In this document: positions 9,222 to 18,578 of the stretch, piece by piece | Numbering within the stretch: position 1 is the first letter of the stretch | Layout of the letters: each line of letters begins with the position of its first letter | Source of the DNA: a virus | DNA length: 64,000 nt | Virus record (IMG/VR): IMGVR_UViG_3300045391_000819 | Coordinates: 32,001 to 96,000 of that record | Direction: 5' to 3' (one strand) | Notes under the pieces: model-generated | Database searches by the model: none | What the model saw: only the letters and a program-made list of their open reading frames with translations | What the model was told of the DNA's origin: nothing | Translations under genes and position numbers: made by a program

Positions 9222-9977
9222 ATGAGTATAGTAAAAAACCCGATATTTATAGACAAGGAAAAGAATACGATTGAGTTTGCTGATGTTAGATATTATCAAG
9301 CTGATAACGGAGAATACTATCCTTCCGCTACTACAATATTAGATGCTTATCCGAAATCATTTGCCTTTTATGAATGGCTTAAAAGAGAAGGCGATAATGC
9401 GGACGAGATAAGGGATGAGGCTGGTAAGACAGGTTCTATTGTCCACCAGTTGACAGAAGCCTATGATTTAGGGGCTGAGATTTCATTGCTTGACGAAGCT
9501 GATGGTAGAAAGTATAGGCAATCAGAGTGGAACATGTTTGAGAAGTATGTCGAGTTCTGCGAAAGGTTCAATCCAAAAATCATTGATACTGAAACCTCTA
9601 TGGTATCTCCAAAACTTGGATACGGTGGTACGAGAGACAGAATAATAGAATTAGATGGTAAGAGAATCCTCTTGGATATTAAGACTTCTAATTTGATGCA
9701 TAAGCATTTCTGGTTGCAGCTTGCCTCTTATGTTAAACTTAATGAAGAACTAGGTTCAGAGAAAGTTGATACTGTAGCCATCCTTTGGTTAAATGCTAAA
9801 ACTAGAACCGAAGGTAAGAAGGGGCAAATACAAGGGATAGGTTGGCAGCTTATATTTCCTGATAAAGAAATAGATTATTATTGGAGATTATTCCGTGCCA
9901 CACAAGCTTTATGGATGGAAGAAAATGCAGGGTATAAACCAAGAAACATTGTTTATCAACTAAAATATAAAAAATGA
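9222..9977 (+). CDS. PD-(D/E)XK exonuclease
   Basis: YYPSATTIL, GSIVH, GTRD...LLDIKTS, QLASY. Confidence 0.8.
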   Translation: MSIVKNPIFIDKEKNTIEFADVRYYQADNGEYYPSATTILDAYPKSFAFYEWLKREGDNADEIRDEAGKTGSIVHQLTEAYDLGAEISLLDEADGRKYRQSEWNMFEKYVEFCERFNPKIIDTETSMVSPKLGYGGTRDRIIELDGKRILLDIKTSNLMHKHFWLQLASYVKLNEELGSEKVDTVAILWLNAKTRTEGKKGQIQGIGWQLIFPDKEIDYYWRLFRATQALWMEENAGYKPRNIVYQLKYKK

Positions 9978-10231
9978 CAAAACAACCGAAAAAAGGATTT
10001 CTAAATGAAACAGGTCTTCAATTTGAAGATATTTCTGCCGAGACTACTCGTGAATATACATTCCCGACTGGTAGAAAATTGGTTATTGAAAAGCCAAAAA
10101 TGTTAAATGTATCTGCTTCTGGAGGTCATCGTGTTTATGCAGATGATGGATATTCGTACTATGTTCAACCTAGAGAAGGTTGGTCTATCAGATGGAAATC
10201 GAAGACAGGAAATCCAAATTTTGTAAAATAA
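9974..10231 (+). CDS. hypothetical protein (85 aa)
   Basis: ORF, ATGA overlap. Confidence 0.6.
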   Translation: MTKQPKKGFLNETGLQFEDISAETTREYTFPTGRKLVIEKPKMLNVSASGGHRVYADDGYSYYVQPREGWSIRWKSKTGNPNFVK

Positions 10232-10243
10232 ATTTAATAATAA

Positions 10244-10846
10244 ATGGGATTAGGAAAAGACACAAAACCAGTTTACGTGAATCTATCAGATGGTAGGTTC
10301 TACGAGTCCGAAGATAAGGAAAAGAATAATCCTTACGGTTCGCTTGAAGGATTGATTACAGGCTTATCTTTTAGAGACGACATGTTCGAAAATAATAAGA
10401 TTAGAAAGTGTGTCATTTCAATGACAGACGGTGCAAATAATTATGTTCTTAATGTGAGGGTTAATTCAAGCTATTTTGGTTCATTTGTTAGCTTCCTGAA
10501 AAATGCTGACTTATCTCAACCAATCAAATTGAAACCCGGAGTAAAGAAAGACCCCAAATCTGACAAGACAATTGGAACATTGTTTGTAGAACAGGGTGGT
10601 AGTTTCTTGAAACAGTTTTACACAAAGGACAAACCAAATGGTCTTCCGCCTTTTCAAAAGAAAAAGGTTAACGGAAATATTGTTTGGGATAAAACAGATT
10701 ATCTTGAGTTCCTTGAAAATGTGGTAGAGAAAGATTTTAAACCTCAATTAAGGAAAGAACTTCCTAAGACAGCAGGTTTGAAGTCAGAACCGACTGAAAC
10801 ATTTGTTAATGCAGATGAAGAACCAGCCGATGATCTACCGTTCTAA
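10244..10846 (+). CDS. single-stranded DNA-binding protein (putative)
   Basis: Beta-rich body and acidic C-terminal tail EEPADDLPF; lies between exonuclease and primase. Confidence 0.65.
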   Translation: MGLGKDTKPVYVNLSDGRFYESEDKEKNNPYGSLEGLITGLSFRDDMFENNKIRKCVISMTDGANNYVLNVRVNSSYFGSFVSFLKNADLSQPIKLKPGVKKDPKSDKTIGTLFVEQGGSFLKQFYTKDKPNGLPPFQKKKVNGNIVWDKTDYLEFLENVVEKDFKPQLRKELPKTAGLKSEPTETFVNADEEPADDLPF

Positions 10847-10875
10847 ACTTTTTTGTCCATAGCTTATAAGGTTAC

Positions 10876-10905
10876 GGCCCGATGTTTCTACGTTGGGCCT
10901 TTTTT
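10876..10905 (+). terminator. intrinsic terminator
   Basis: GGCCCGATGT-TTCT-ACGTTGGGCC hairpin followed by T6. Confidence 0.8.
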
Positions 10906-10919
10906 AAAATTGAAAATTA

Positions 10920-11921
10920 ATGGCTTTAATAAAAGACGAACCCAAAATAACATCTGATGTAGTGCTTGGTCAGCTCGAAGAAGCTGAAATTTGGTTTGCT
11001 TATTTCGGCCCTTTTGAGATTGGACAAATAACTCACTCAGTATTCAGAGAAGATAAACATCCATCAACTGGATTCTATATATCGAGAACAGGCCGTATTA
11101 TATATAACGACCTTTCTACAAGCGAAAAGCTTGATTGTTTCGCCTTTGTAGCAAAGAAAAATAATATAACGTATGGTCAGGCTGTTAAACAGGTAGCTTG
11201 TGACTTTGGATTACTGCCCTGTGGAACACCTAAGTTTAAAAAAGGAATGCTTGATAAGGCTCAGGTAGCTGCTAAGATGGTAAAAAAGCACACCGAGATT
11301 GAGATAGTTCCTGAACGTTGGAATGATACTAATCTGGAATACTGGAAAAGATATTTTATAGATGAAGATGAATTGAGGGATAATGATGTGTATGCTGTTA
11401 AGAAGGTGTTTGTGAACGGAAGACTCGCTCCCAATTATTCTAAACAGCAACGCTACGCTTACGTACTTAATGTCGCAGGTAGAAGTTATAAGAAGATATA
11501 TACACCACTTGCAAGTCAAAAAGATTTTAAATGGATAACGAATGTTCCATTAAAAATACCCTTTGGGATCAATACCTTGCCTTACAAATCTGAACGACTC
11601 TTTATTTGTAAGGCACAAAAGGATAGGATGATATTCAAGAAATTCTTTACGGATGTCATTGCTACTCAGAACGAAAGTCCAGCAGCCTTAAATGAAAGAA
11701 CCATAGATCATATACGTAAAAATTATAAATATGTTACTGTATGTCCAGACCCCGACGCGACCGGAAGTAATTTCGCTAATTATTGTAACGATTCCGGTTT
11801 TGATATTTGTTATATTGCTGATAAAGCACAAGCGAAGGGGCTAAAAGACTTTGCAGATTTTACTGAGGTATATGGTCTTACATGGCTTGAAAAATATTTT
11901 AAACTAAAAGGTTTTTTATGA
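10920..11921 (+). CDS. DNA primase (DnaG/TOPRIM, crAss-like)
   Basis: N-terminal HSVFREDKHPS (degenerate Zn-finger), TOPRIM-like ICKAQKD, DPDATG, KDFADF. Confidence 0.8.
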   Translation: MALIKDEPKITSDVVLGQLEEAEIWFAYFGPFEIGQITHSVFREDKHPSTGFYISRTGRIIYNDLSTSEKLDCFAFVAKKNNITYGQAVKQVACDFGLLPCGTPKFKKGMLDKAQVAAKMVKKHTEIEIVPERWNDTNLEYWKRYFIDEDELRDNDVYAVKKVFVNGRLAPNYSKQQRYAYVLNVAGRSYKKIYTPLASQKDFKWITNVPLKIPFGINTLPYKSERLFICKAQKDRMIFKKFFTDVIATQNESPAALNERTIDHIRKNYKYVTVCPDPDATGSNFANYCNDSGFDICYIADKAQAKGLKDFADFTEVYGLTWLEKYFKLKGFL

Positions 11922-12136
11922 AATATAGATTCTTCTTTCACTACAACAAACCACTTAGTAAGCAATTAGGAAAAACTATGTGGTCTGTTCATCACAGAGG
12001 TAAATGTCATATGGTAGAAAATATCATATGTGAAGTCCCTCTCGAAAGCAAAACAAACAAAAGGCAGCCTTATGCTGTAATGCAAGGCTTTACCAAAGGT
12101 TTGGTTGGTGATACAAAAACTTTAATCATAAAATAA
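11918..12136 (+). CDS. hypothetical protein (72 aa)
   Basis: FFFHYNKP...WSVH...C pattern; ATGA overlap. Confidence 0.6.
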   Translation: MKYRFFFHYNKPLSKQLGKTMWSVHHRGKCHMVENIICEVPLESKTNKRQPYAVMQGFTKGLVGDTKTLIIK

Positions 12137-13033
12137 ATGCAAAAAACTACTACAGGAAAAAGATACAATAAAGGAAAAGTTAGATATGAGTTAATACCAG
12201 ACTATCCTTTATATTGTTTAGCAATGGTATATACTCTTGGTGCTCACAAATACTCTGTGTATGAGGATGAAAATGGGAAGCAAATCCTTGGTAAGGATAT
12301 ACCATTTGAAGAAGCATCTAAATATAAATTGATTGAGGATGGCGCAGATAATTGGAGATTAGGATTAAGTTGGAAAAGCTCAATGGCTTCTGTTGAAAGA
12401 CATGAAAAATCATGGAACGCTGGTGAAGACTATGACCAAGAACTTGGAACACTCCATTTAGCCAATGCTGCATGGGGATTATTTACACTCATGAATCAGT
12501 ATAAGACTCACCCTCAATTAGATGATAGGCATGTGTCTTATCTTAAACCTAAAAAAATAGGTCTTGATATTGATGGTGTATTGGCTGATTTTACAGGCTA
12601 TCTGATGAAGGTAAGTGGTAATGAAGATCATAAGGCAGAACACTGGAATGACCCGATTGTAAGAAGGGAGTTTGAAAAAATTAAGAAAGACCCTGAATTT
12701 TGGGCTAATATTCCACCCCTTATGTCTGGTAAAGAAGTGCCTTTTGAAGTCCATTGCTATATCACAGCACGATCAATTGACCCTTCTGTAACGCAAGCGT
12801 GGCTCGATAAGAATCATTTTCCTAGTGCTACTCTATATTGTGTAGGTATAGGAGAATCTAAGATAGAGATTGCAAAGAAAGCAGGAATGGACATATTTGT
12901 AGACGACAGTTATACAAACTTTGTAGAATTAAATAATGCAGGTGTATTTACATATCTATACTCTGCACCTTATAATCTTAAATATGATGTAGGACATCGT
13001 AGAATCAATAGTTTAAAGGAGTTATTAAAATAA
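12137..13033 (+). CDS. dATP/dGTP diphosphohydrolase-N (DUF5664-like) fused to HAD 5'(3')-nucleotidase
   Basis: RYNKGKVRYELIP...GAHKY...DNWRLG...GEDYDQELGTLHLANAAW; then IGLDIDGVLADF, ITAR, FVDD. Confidence 0.75.
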   Translation: MQKTTTGKRYNKGKVRYELIPDYPLYCLAMVYTLGAHKYSVYEDENGKQILGKDIPFEEASKYKLIEDGADNWRLGLSWKSSMASVERHEKSWNAGEDYDQELGTLHLANAAWGLFTLMNQYKTHPQLDDRHVSYLKPKKIGLDIDGVLADFTGYLMKVSGNEDHKAEHWNDPIVRREFEKIKKDPEFWANIPPLMSGKEVPFEVHCYITARSIDPSVTQAWLDKNHFPSATLYCVGIGESKIEIAKKAGMDIFVDDSYTNFVELNNAGVFTYLYSAPYNLKYDVGHRRINSLKELLK

Positions 13034-13626
13034 TGAATATATACTTTGTAGGGGACACACATTACAATCATCAAAACATCGTAAAGGGATGTTCAGAATG
13101 GGAAGATAAGACAGGATGTAGAAACTTTCGTACCTTAAAAACTCACAATGACGCAGTTATAAAGAATATCAACAAGACCGTAAAGGCTGATGATATTTTG
13201 TACCATGTTGGAGACGTAGCTTTTGGTGGTAAAGAGAGTATTTGGGATTTTAGAAAGCAGATAGTCTGCAAAACAATCCACTTATGTCTTGGTAATCATG
13301 ACCATCACATAAAGAAAAATACAATCATTACTACCAGTAAAGGATTAATGAACGCCAAGAACATGTTTACAACTGTTCAGGATAGGATAGAGAAGGTCAT
13401 ACATGACAAATATGACTTTGTACTTGACCACTATCCTATTAAGAGTTGGCATAAAAAGGAGAAAGGGGCAATCCATCTGTACGGACACACTCACAAAGAA
13501 CTGTTTTACCATCCGCACGCAATCTGTGTATGTATGGAAGTTCATCCTGAGTTCAGACCATTCTCTCTTCAAGAAATTTTAAAAATCGTAAAAGAAAGGG
13601 AAAAACAATTTGAATACATTAACTAA
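13033..13626 (+). CDS. calcineurin-like metallophosphoesterase
   Basis: GDTHYNH, GDVAFG, GNHD, GHTH. Confidence 0.85.
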   Translation: MNIYFVGDTHYNHQNIVKGCSEWEDKTGCRNFRTLKTHNDAVIKNINKTVKADDILYHVGDVAFGGKESIWDFRKQIVCKTIHLCLGNHDHHIKKNTIITTSKGLMNAKNMFTTVQDRIEKVIHDKYDFVLDHYPIKSWHKKEKGAIHLYGHTHKELFYHPHAICVCMEVHPEFRPFSLQEILKIVKEREKQFEYIN

Positions 13627-13855
13627 GAATAATGAAAGTATATTAGTAATCCCAATCAGTAAAGTGGTTGGGATTAATGATTTATTGGATATAGTTGCCT
13701 CTGATGGGAACATGGGTAAGAAAACAGATAAGTATTACATAGTTTCAACTCAGGCACATTTCCAACCTAATGGAAACGTAAACGTTGAATTTTACAATCA
13801 GTTATTACATTACTCGCATGTGCGAGGACATTCTTACATACAAATAACATTTTAA
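13610..13855 (+). CDS. hypothetical protein (81 aa)
   Basis: ORF fills the gap; start (TTG) uncertain. Confidence 0.45.
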   Translation: MNTLTKNNESILVIPISKVVGINDLLDIVASDGNMGKKTDKYYIVSTQAHFQPNGNVNVEFYNQLLHYSHVRGHSYIQITF

Positions 13856-13857
13856 TT

Positions 13858-14481
13858 ATGGCAAAGGATAAAAAGATGTGGGGGCCAGCTAAACTAGCAG
13901 GTCAAAAAACAGAACATTTCGGAAGAGAACTGTCAGGCGCTGAAATCTCAGCCCTTTACAATGAAGGTAAGGGAATAGTAGATTATGAAGCAGAGATTAA
14001 AAAAGCAGAGATAAAGACAGGTAAAGGTTTATATGAGCAAATAAAAGGACACTGGGAAAAATCTTCAAAACAAGTTGTTGAACAAAAACTTGCAGAAGAA
14101 AAAAATGATATACCCTACGAAGAAGTAAAACCTCTGCAATCCTATAAAGTAGAAGTAATGGATATGAGTGCTTTTGATTCTCCTTATCCTTCTACTTCCG
14201 AGAATAAACCTAGTAGGAGAGGTTCATGGAGCGACTATACACAAATTCTAGTAAAAGAACTTGATGAGCTTAAAGCCAATCAGAAGCCAAAGGAATGGTC
14301 AGATGATATTGTGTTAATAGATATTAACAAATTGACAGCTTGGATGCTAAGTAAGGAGACAGGAAAAAGAGAATTAGAATGGTACACAAAGCATAAAGAA
14401 AACCTTCTATCAGATGATGAGTTTGACGCTTGGGATCAAACATATGAATCAATTTTAAAATTTAGACGTAATGAACAATAA
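13858..14481 (+). CDS. hypothetical protein (207 aa)
   Basis: Long ORF in run. Confidence 0.65.
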   Translation: MAKDKKMWGPAKLAGQKTEHFGRELSGAEISALYNEGKGIVDYEAEIKKAEIKTGKGLYEQIKGHWEKSSKQVVEQKLAEEKNDIPYEEVKPLQSYKVEVMDMSAFDSPYPSTSENKPSRRGSWSDYTQILVKELDELKANQKPKEWSDDIVLIDINKLTAWMLSKETGKRELEWYTKHKENLLSDDEFDAWDQTYESILKFRRNEQ

Positions 14482-14746
14482 TACATTTAAAGCAGAAGTC
14501 TTTGATAATCAGGAAGCTCTGAATGAATTCATTTTGAAAGATGAAGATATTATCATCATTAAGGTCATACCTAATGGTGAAAAAAGAGCACTATTCTATG
14601 AAAAGAAGCAAAAGATTTATGTACCAAATAATTATGATGACGATTATGATTATAGTGGATACGGAATTATGGCTGATGAGTATGGAGAGTGGAATAGGGC
14701 AATGTGGAAGAAAGGATTTCCATATCAGGGGGGTATACCATATTAA
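14471..14746 (+). CDS. hypothetical protein (91 aa)
   Basis: ORF ending at the convergent terminator. Confidence 0.6.
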   Translation: MNNNTFKAEVFDNQEALNEFILKDEDIIIIKVIPNGEKRALFYEKKQKIYVPNNYDDDYDYSGYGIMADEYGEWNRAMWKKGFPYQGGIPY

Positions 14747-14769
14747 AAAAGCCCCCCAAAAGGAGGGCC
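14745..14769 (-). terminator. intrinsic terminator for the minus-strand gene
   Basis: Minus strand GGCCCTCC-TTTT-GGGGGGCT then a T run. Confidence 0.7.
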
Positions 14770-14797
14770 GCACACCACAAAGCTAAACCGGAAATAT

Positions 14798-15358
14798 TTA
14801 TTCTAATGTTATTATTTTTGCTTGTTCAGGTTCCACAATTTCAGTGGAAGCTTCTTTACCAGTTGGGTCTACAATAGCATCAATTCTTGGAAGACCTTCC
14901 TGTTCCTTAGCTAAGTACTTCTCTTCCAGTTCTCTAGCTATTCTTGCTTTGGTTTCCTCTGCTATTTTTTTAGTCTCAGCAATTACGTTTTTAACCTGTT
15001 CTCTAAGTGGAGCTGCTTCTTCATCTGTCATCAGTTCATAACCATTCTTTGCAGCATTTAACTTCTCATGCTGGATTTGAACTGTACCATTCAATAATCC
15101 CCTATTTATAATGTTTGTATAGGCAGCGTAAGCACGAGCCGACACATCCATAAGTTCAGAGAAAACTTCAAGTTCATTACCTGATACTTCAAATATATCA
15201 GTGGATTCCCATGTTGGAGTTTGTCTTGTTGGAGGCATTTGGAATTGGTTTGCATTGTTGTCTGACATAATACTCTTTTTGTGTTTTTGTTTAAATTTTA
15301 ATAAATTCTTATTCCTGTCTTTATTCTTTCTTGTTTTAGGCATTGATTTTAGTTTCAA
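14798..15358 (-). CDS. hypothetical protein, counter-oriented, with coiled-coil-like segment
   Basis: Long ORF flanked by its own promoter and terminator; true start may be at MPKTR or MSDNN. Confidence 0.7.
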   Translation of the reverse strand: MKLKSMPKTRKNKDRNKNLLKFKQKHKKSIMSDNNANQFQMPPTRQTPTWESTDIFEVSGNELEVFSELMDVSARAYAAYTNIINRGLLNGTVQIQHEKLNAAKNGYELMTDEEAAPLREQVKNVIAETKKIAEETKARIARELEEKYLAKEQEGLPRIDAIVDPTGKEASTEIVEPEQAKIITLE

Positions 15359-15366
15359 ATAAAGAA

Positions 15367-15398
15367 CAAAGGTAAGTTAAAAAAGTGAAATAACCAAA
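15367..15398 (-). promoter_or_regulatory. Bacteroidetes primary-sigma promoter
   Basis: Minus strand TTTG (15398-15395), N20, TACCTTTG (15374-15367). Confidence 0.75.
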
Positions 15399-15432
15399 TT
15401 TAAATATTAACAGAAATGTTAAAGATTTTTAT

Positions 15433-15463
15433 TTTGTAATTTGATACAAATACCATACATTTG
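15433..15463 (+). promoter_or_regulatory. Bacteroidetes primary-sigma promoter upstream of the RNR gene
   Basis: TTTG (15433-15436), N19, TACATTTG (15456-15463). Confidence 0.75.
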
Positions 15464-15492
15464 CATCCCTTCCAAAATAGGCTATTTAATAG

Positions 15493-17151
15493 ATGCACAA
15501 TGTATTCAGAACTCAATTCTCAGAGTCAATTTTCAATCACAAATATAAACATGAAGGATGCGAAACGTGGGAATTACTCGCAGACACATTAGTAGAAGAC
15601 GTTTGTAATGAACATCTTAGATCATCAGAAAAGCAGCAATTAAAAAAGATTATTGCTGAAATGAAATTTATTCCGGGAGGTAGATATTTATACTACGCCG
15701 GACGTCCATTTAAAGCATTTAATAATTGTTATCTATTAAAAGCTATCGAAGATACAAGAGAAGATTGGGCTAATTTATCTTGGAAATCAGAGAGTTGTCT
15801 CACTACTGGTGGCGGGATAGGGAGCAATTACGATGTATATAGGGCTGAGGGTGAAAGCCTTTCTCGCACTGGTGGATTCGCAAGTGGCCCTATATCCAAG
15901 ATGCGTATAATCAATGAGATAGGCAGAGAGGTAATGCAGGGTGGTTCGAGACGATCTGCTATATATGCAAGCCTTAATCATAAGCATAAAGACATTTTTA
16001 AATTCATTCATGCTAAAGACTGGAAGCATATGCCAGTCATAGGAACTGATTATTCCTATTGGGATTTAAAACAAAAAGATTTTAATTTTCCATGTCCTCT
16101 GGATATGACAAACATATCGGTAAACTATGATACCGAATGGCTAAAGAGATTTAATGAAACAGGAGAGGTTGGAGACGTATTCATAGAAAATGTTAAACAA
16201 GCGTTAAGTACGGCTGAGCCGGGATTCTCCTTTAACTTCTACGATAAAGAGAATGAGATTTTAAGAAACGCTTGTACAGAGGTTTCGAGTGAAGACGATT
16301 CTGACGTCTGCAATCTAGGTTCAATCAACATGTCCAGAATTGAATCTATAAGCGAATTTAAGGAGATTGTGGAGCTTGCTACCAAATTCCTAGTCTGTGG
16401 TACGCTTGTGGCACATCTCCCCTATGAGAAGGTATACGAGATTAGAGAAAAGAATAGACGACTGGGGCTTGGCCTTATGGGGATTCATGAGTGGCTCTTG
16501 AAGCGTAACAGTAGATATGAAGTCACTCCTGAACTCCATAAATGGCTTGATGTTTATGAAAGATACTCAGATTATACCGCTGATTTCTTTTGTGATGAAT
16601 TGGGTATTTCTCGCCCTAAAGCCAAGCGAGCCATTGCTCCTACTGGTACAATCGGAATCCTAGCTGGAACCTCACAAGGGATTGAACCATTATTTGCTGT
16701 GGCATATAAGAGACGTTATCTGAAAGGCAAGCAATCGTGGGTATATCAATATGTTATCGACGGTGTGACCAAAATCATGGTAGATCACTTCGGTATCAAT
16801 CCAGACAATATTGAATCTGCTGTTGATCTTGCTGCTGACTATGAAAGGAGAATTAAGTTCCAAGCGGACATACAGGACTACGTGGATATGTCTATATCCT
16901 CAACTATTAACCTGCCGTCTTGGGGGAGTGATTTAAACAATGAAGGGCTGGTACAACCATTCGCACAAACTTTAGCGAAATATGCTCACAGGCTAAGAGG
17001 ATTCACCTGTTACCCTGATGGGGCAAGAGGAGGCCAGCCAATCACTCCAGTTCCTTATAATGAAGCAATTCTTTATGAAGGACTTGAATTTGAAGAAGAA
17101 TATCACGATATTTGTAGTATAACGAACCGAGGAGGTTCGTGTGGAATTTAA
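15493..17151 (+). CDS. nrdJ: ribonucleotide reductase catalytic subunit, compact, probably class II
   Basis: FIPGGRY, FNNCY, GGGIG, NACTE, CNLGSIN, RRLGLG, IAPTGT, C-terminal GGSCGI; no ATP cone; no beta subunit in the window. Confidence 0.8.
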   Translation: MHNVFRTQFSESIFNHKYKHEGCETWELLADTLVEDVCNEHLRSSEKQQLKKIIAEMKFIPGGRYLYYAGRPFKAFNNCYLLKAIEDTREDWANLSWKSESCLTTGGGIGSNYDVYRAEGESLSRTGGFASGPISKMRIINEIGREVMQGGSRRSAIYASLNHKHKDIFKFIHAKDWKHMPVIGTDYSYWDLKQKDFNFPCPLDMTNISVNYDTEWLKRFNETGEVGDVFIENVKQALSTAEPGFSFNFYDKENEILRNACTEVSSEDDSDVCNLGSINMSRIESISEFKEIVELATKFLVCGTLVAHLPYEKVYEIREKNRRLGLGLMGIHEWLLKRNSRYEVTPELHKWLDVYERYSDYTADFFCDELGISRPKAKRAIAPTGTIGILAGTSQGIEPLFAVAYKRRYLKGKQSWVYQYVIDGVTKIMVDHFGINPDNIESAVDLAADYERRIKFQADIQDYVDMSISSTINLPSWGSDLNNEGLVQPFAQTLAKYAHRLRGFTCYPDGARGGQPITPVPYNEAILYEGLEFEEEYHDICSITNRGGSCGI

Positions 17152-17183
17152 TCGTTTGCACGGCGTGTTTTTAACACACCTTT

Positions 17184-17214
17184 AACCCGAATCATTTGTT
17201 GGTTCGGGTTTTTT
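17184..17214 (+). terminator. intrinsic terminator after the RNR gene
   Basis: AACCCGAATCA-TTTGT-TGGTTCGGGTT then a T run. Confidence 0.75.
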
Positions 17215-17226
17215 ATTTTAGTTTTG
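17195..17226 (+). promoter_or_regulatory. Bacteroidetes-type promoter overlapping the terminator, upstream of recA
   Basis: TTTG (17195-17198), N20, TAGTTTTG (17219-17226); ATG at 17231. Confidence 0.6.
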
Positions 17227-17230
17227 TCGT

Positions 17231-18214
17231 ATGGATAATGACAAGCTAAAAAAGTTAGATGCTGCCATTAATGATATAAATAAAGAATTTGGCGCAAACT
17301 CTATAGTATCTCTCTCGGACAATCCCCCACCTGTTGAAAGTATAAGTACTGGTTCTTTCGGATTAGACGTAGCTCTAGGAATTGGAGGTTTACCATGTGG
17401 AAGAATCGTAGAAATATATGGGCCACAATCTTCTGGTAAAACAACTCTTGCATTGCATGTAATTGCAGAAGCTCAAAAGAAGGGCGGAATCTGTGCATAT
17501 ATTGATGCAGAACATGCTTTTGATCCATCTTATGCAGAGGCTATTGGTGTAGATATTGTAAAATTAAAATTCGCACAACCAGATTATGGAGAACAGGCTT
17601 TGGAGATTGCTGACCGACTTGTTGAGAGCGGGGCTTTATCTGTCGTTGTTATTGATTCTGTTGCTGCTCTTATCCCAAAGGCGGAGTTAGAAGGGGCAAT
17701 GGGAGAGAGTAAAATGGGTAAGCAAGCTGCTCTTATGAGTCAGGCTCTTAGAAAGATGGTAGCTTCTATTTCAAGAACAGGAGCTATAGTTATATTTATC
17801 AATCAATTACGTGAAAAATTCGTAATGTTTGGTAATCCTGAAACAACAACAGGAGGTAATGCACTTAAGTTCTATTCATCAATAAGACTTGATATTAGGA
17901 CAGCATCATATAACAAAGTAGATGAAGAAGTAGTTTCTAATCATACGAAGGTAAAGGTTGTAAAAAATAAAGTAGCACCACCATTTAGAATAGCTGAATT
18001 TGATATTGTTTACGGTGTTGGAATAGACAAGCTTGAAGAACTTGTAAAGGTCGGTGTTGACCTTGAAATTATTAAAAAAGGCGGAGCGTGGCTAACGTAT
18101 AAAGATACTAAGGTTCAGGGAAAGGACGCATTAAAGCAATTACTTTCTGATAATCAGGAATTTGCAACTGAACTTGAAAACATTATTAAACAAGCTATAA
18201 ATGGAAAAAATTGA
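17231..18214 (+). CDS. recA: RecA recombinase
   Basis: [72 protein letters not shown]. Confidence 0.97.
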   Translation: MDNDKLKKLDAAINDINKEFGANSIVSLSDNPPPVESISTGSFGLDVALGIGGLPCGRIVEIYGPQSSGKTTLALHVIAEAQKKGGICAYIDAEHAFDPSYAEAIGVDIVKLKFAQPDYGEQALEIADRLVESGALSVVVIDSVAALIPKAELEGAMGESKMGKQAALMSQALRKMVASISRTGAIVIFINQLREKFVMFGNPETTTGGNALKFYSSIRLDIRTASYNKVDEEVVSNHTKVKVVKNKVAPPFRIAEFDIVYGVGIDKLEELVKVGVDLEIIKKGGAWLTYKDTKVQGKDALKQLLSDNQEFATELENIIKQAINGKN

Positions 18215-18578
18215 AAAATCAGAATGGTGGGAAGCAGCTAAAGAAATAGGTAAAGAAAACTGGCCTAAACGTTTTATTACCTTTGGGTTATGTAATTGTA
18301 TTATATCTAAAGATAAACAATTTCTTCTTATAGAAAATGTAGAGACTGCTCCTCGTTGTATGTATTACAAAGTGCATATGGATATTATGAGAGAGATTTA
18401 TAAGAGCATACGCTACCTTTATGCGCATGATGTTATGGTAAGAGCTGGCTTTTATGATAAGTCTATGAATACTGAAATCTATGAAAGTCTAGCCAAGAAG
18501 AGTTTTGATTATAATGGTATGCAATTTTATTTTGATGAACTACGTAATTTAATGCAGAAGCTTGAAAATAAAATATAA
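18201..18578 (+). CDS. hypothetical protein (125 aa)
   Basis: ORF in run. Confidence 0.6.
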   Translation: MEKIEKSEWWEAAKEIGKENWPKRFITFGLCNCIISKDKQFLLIENVETAPRCMYYKVHMDIMREIYKSIRYLYAHDVMVRAGFYDKSMNTEIYESLAKKSFDYNGMQFYFDELRNLMQKLENKI

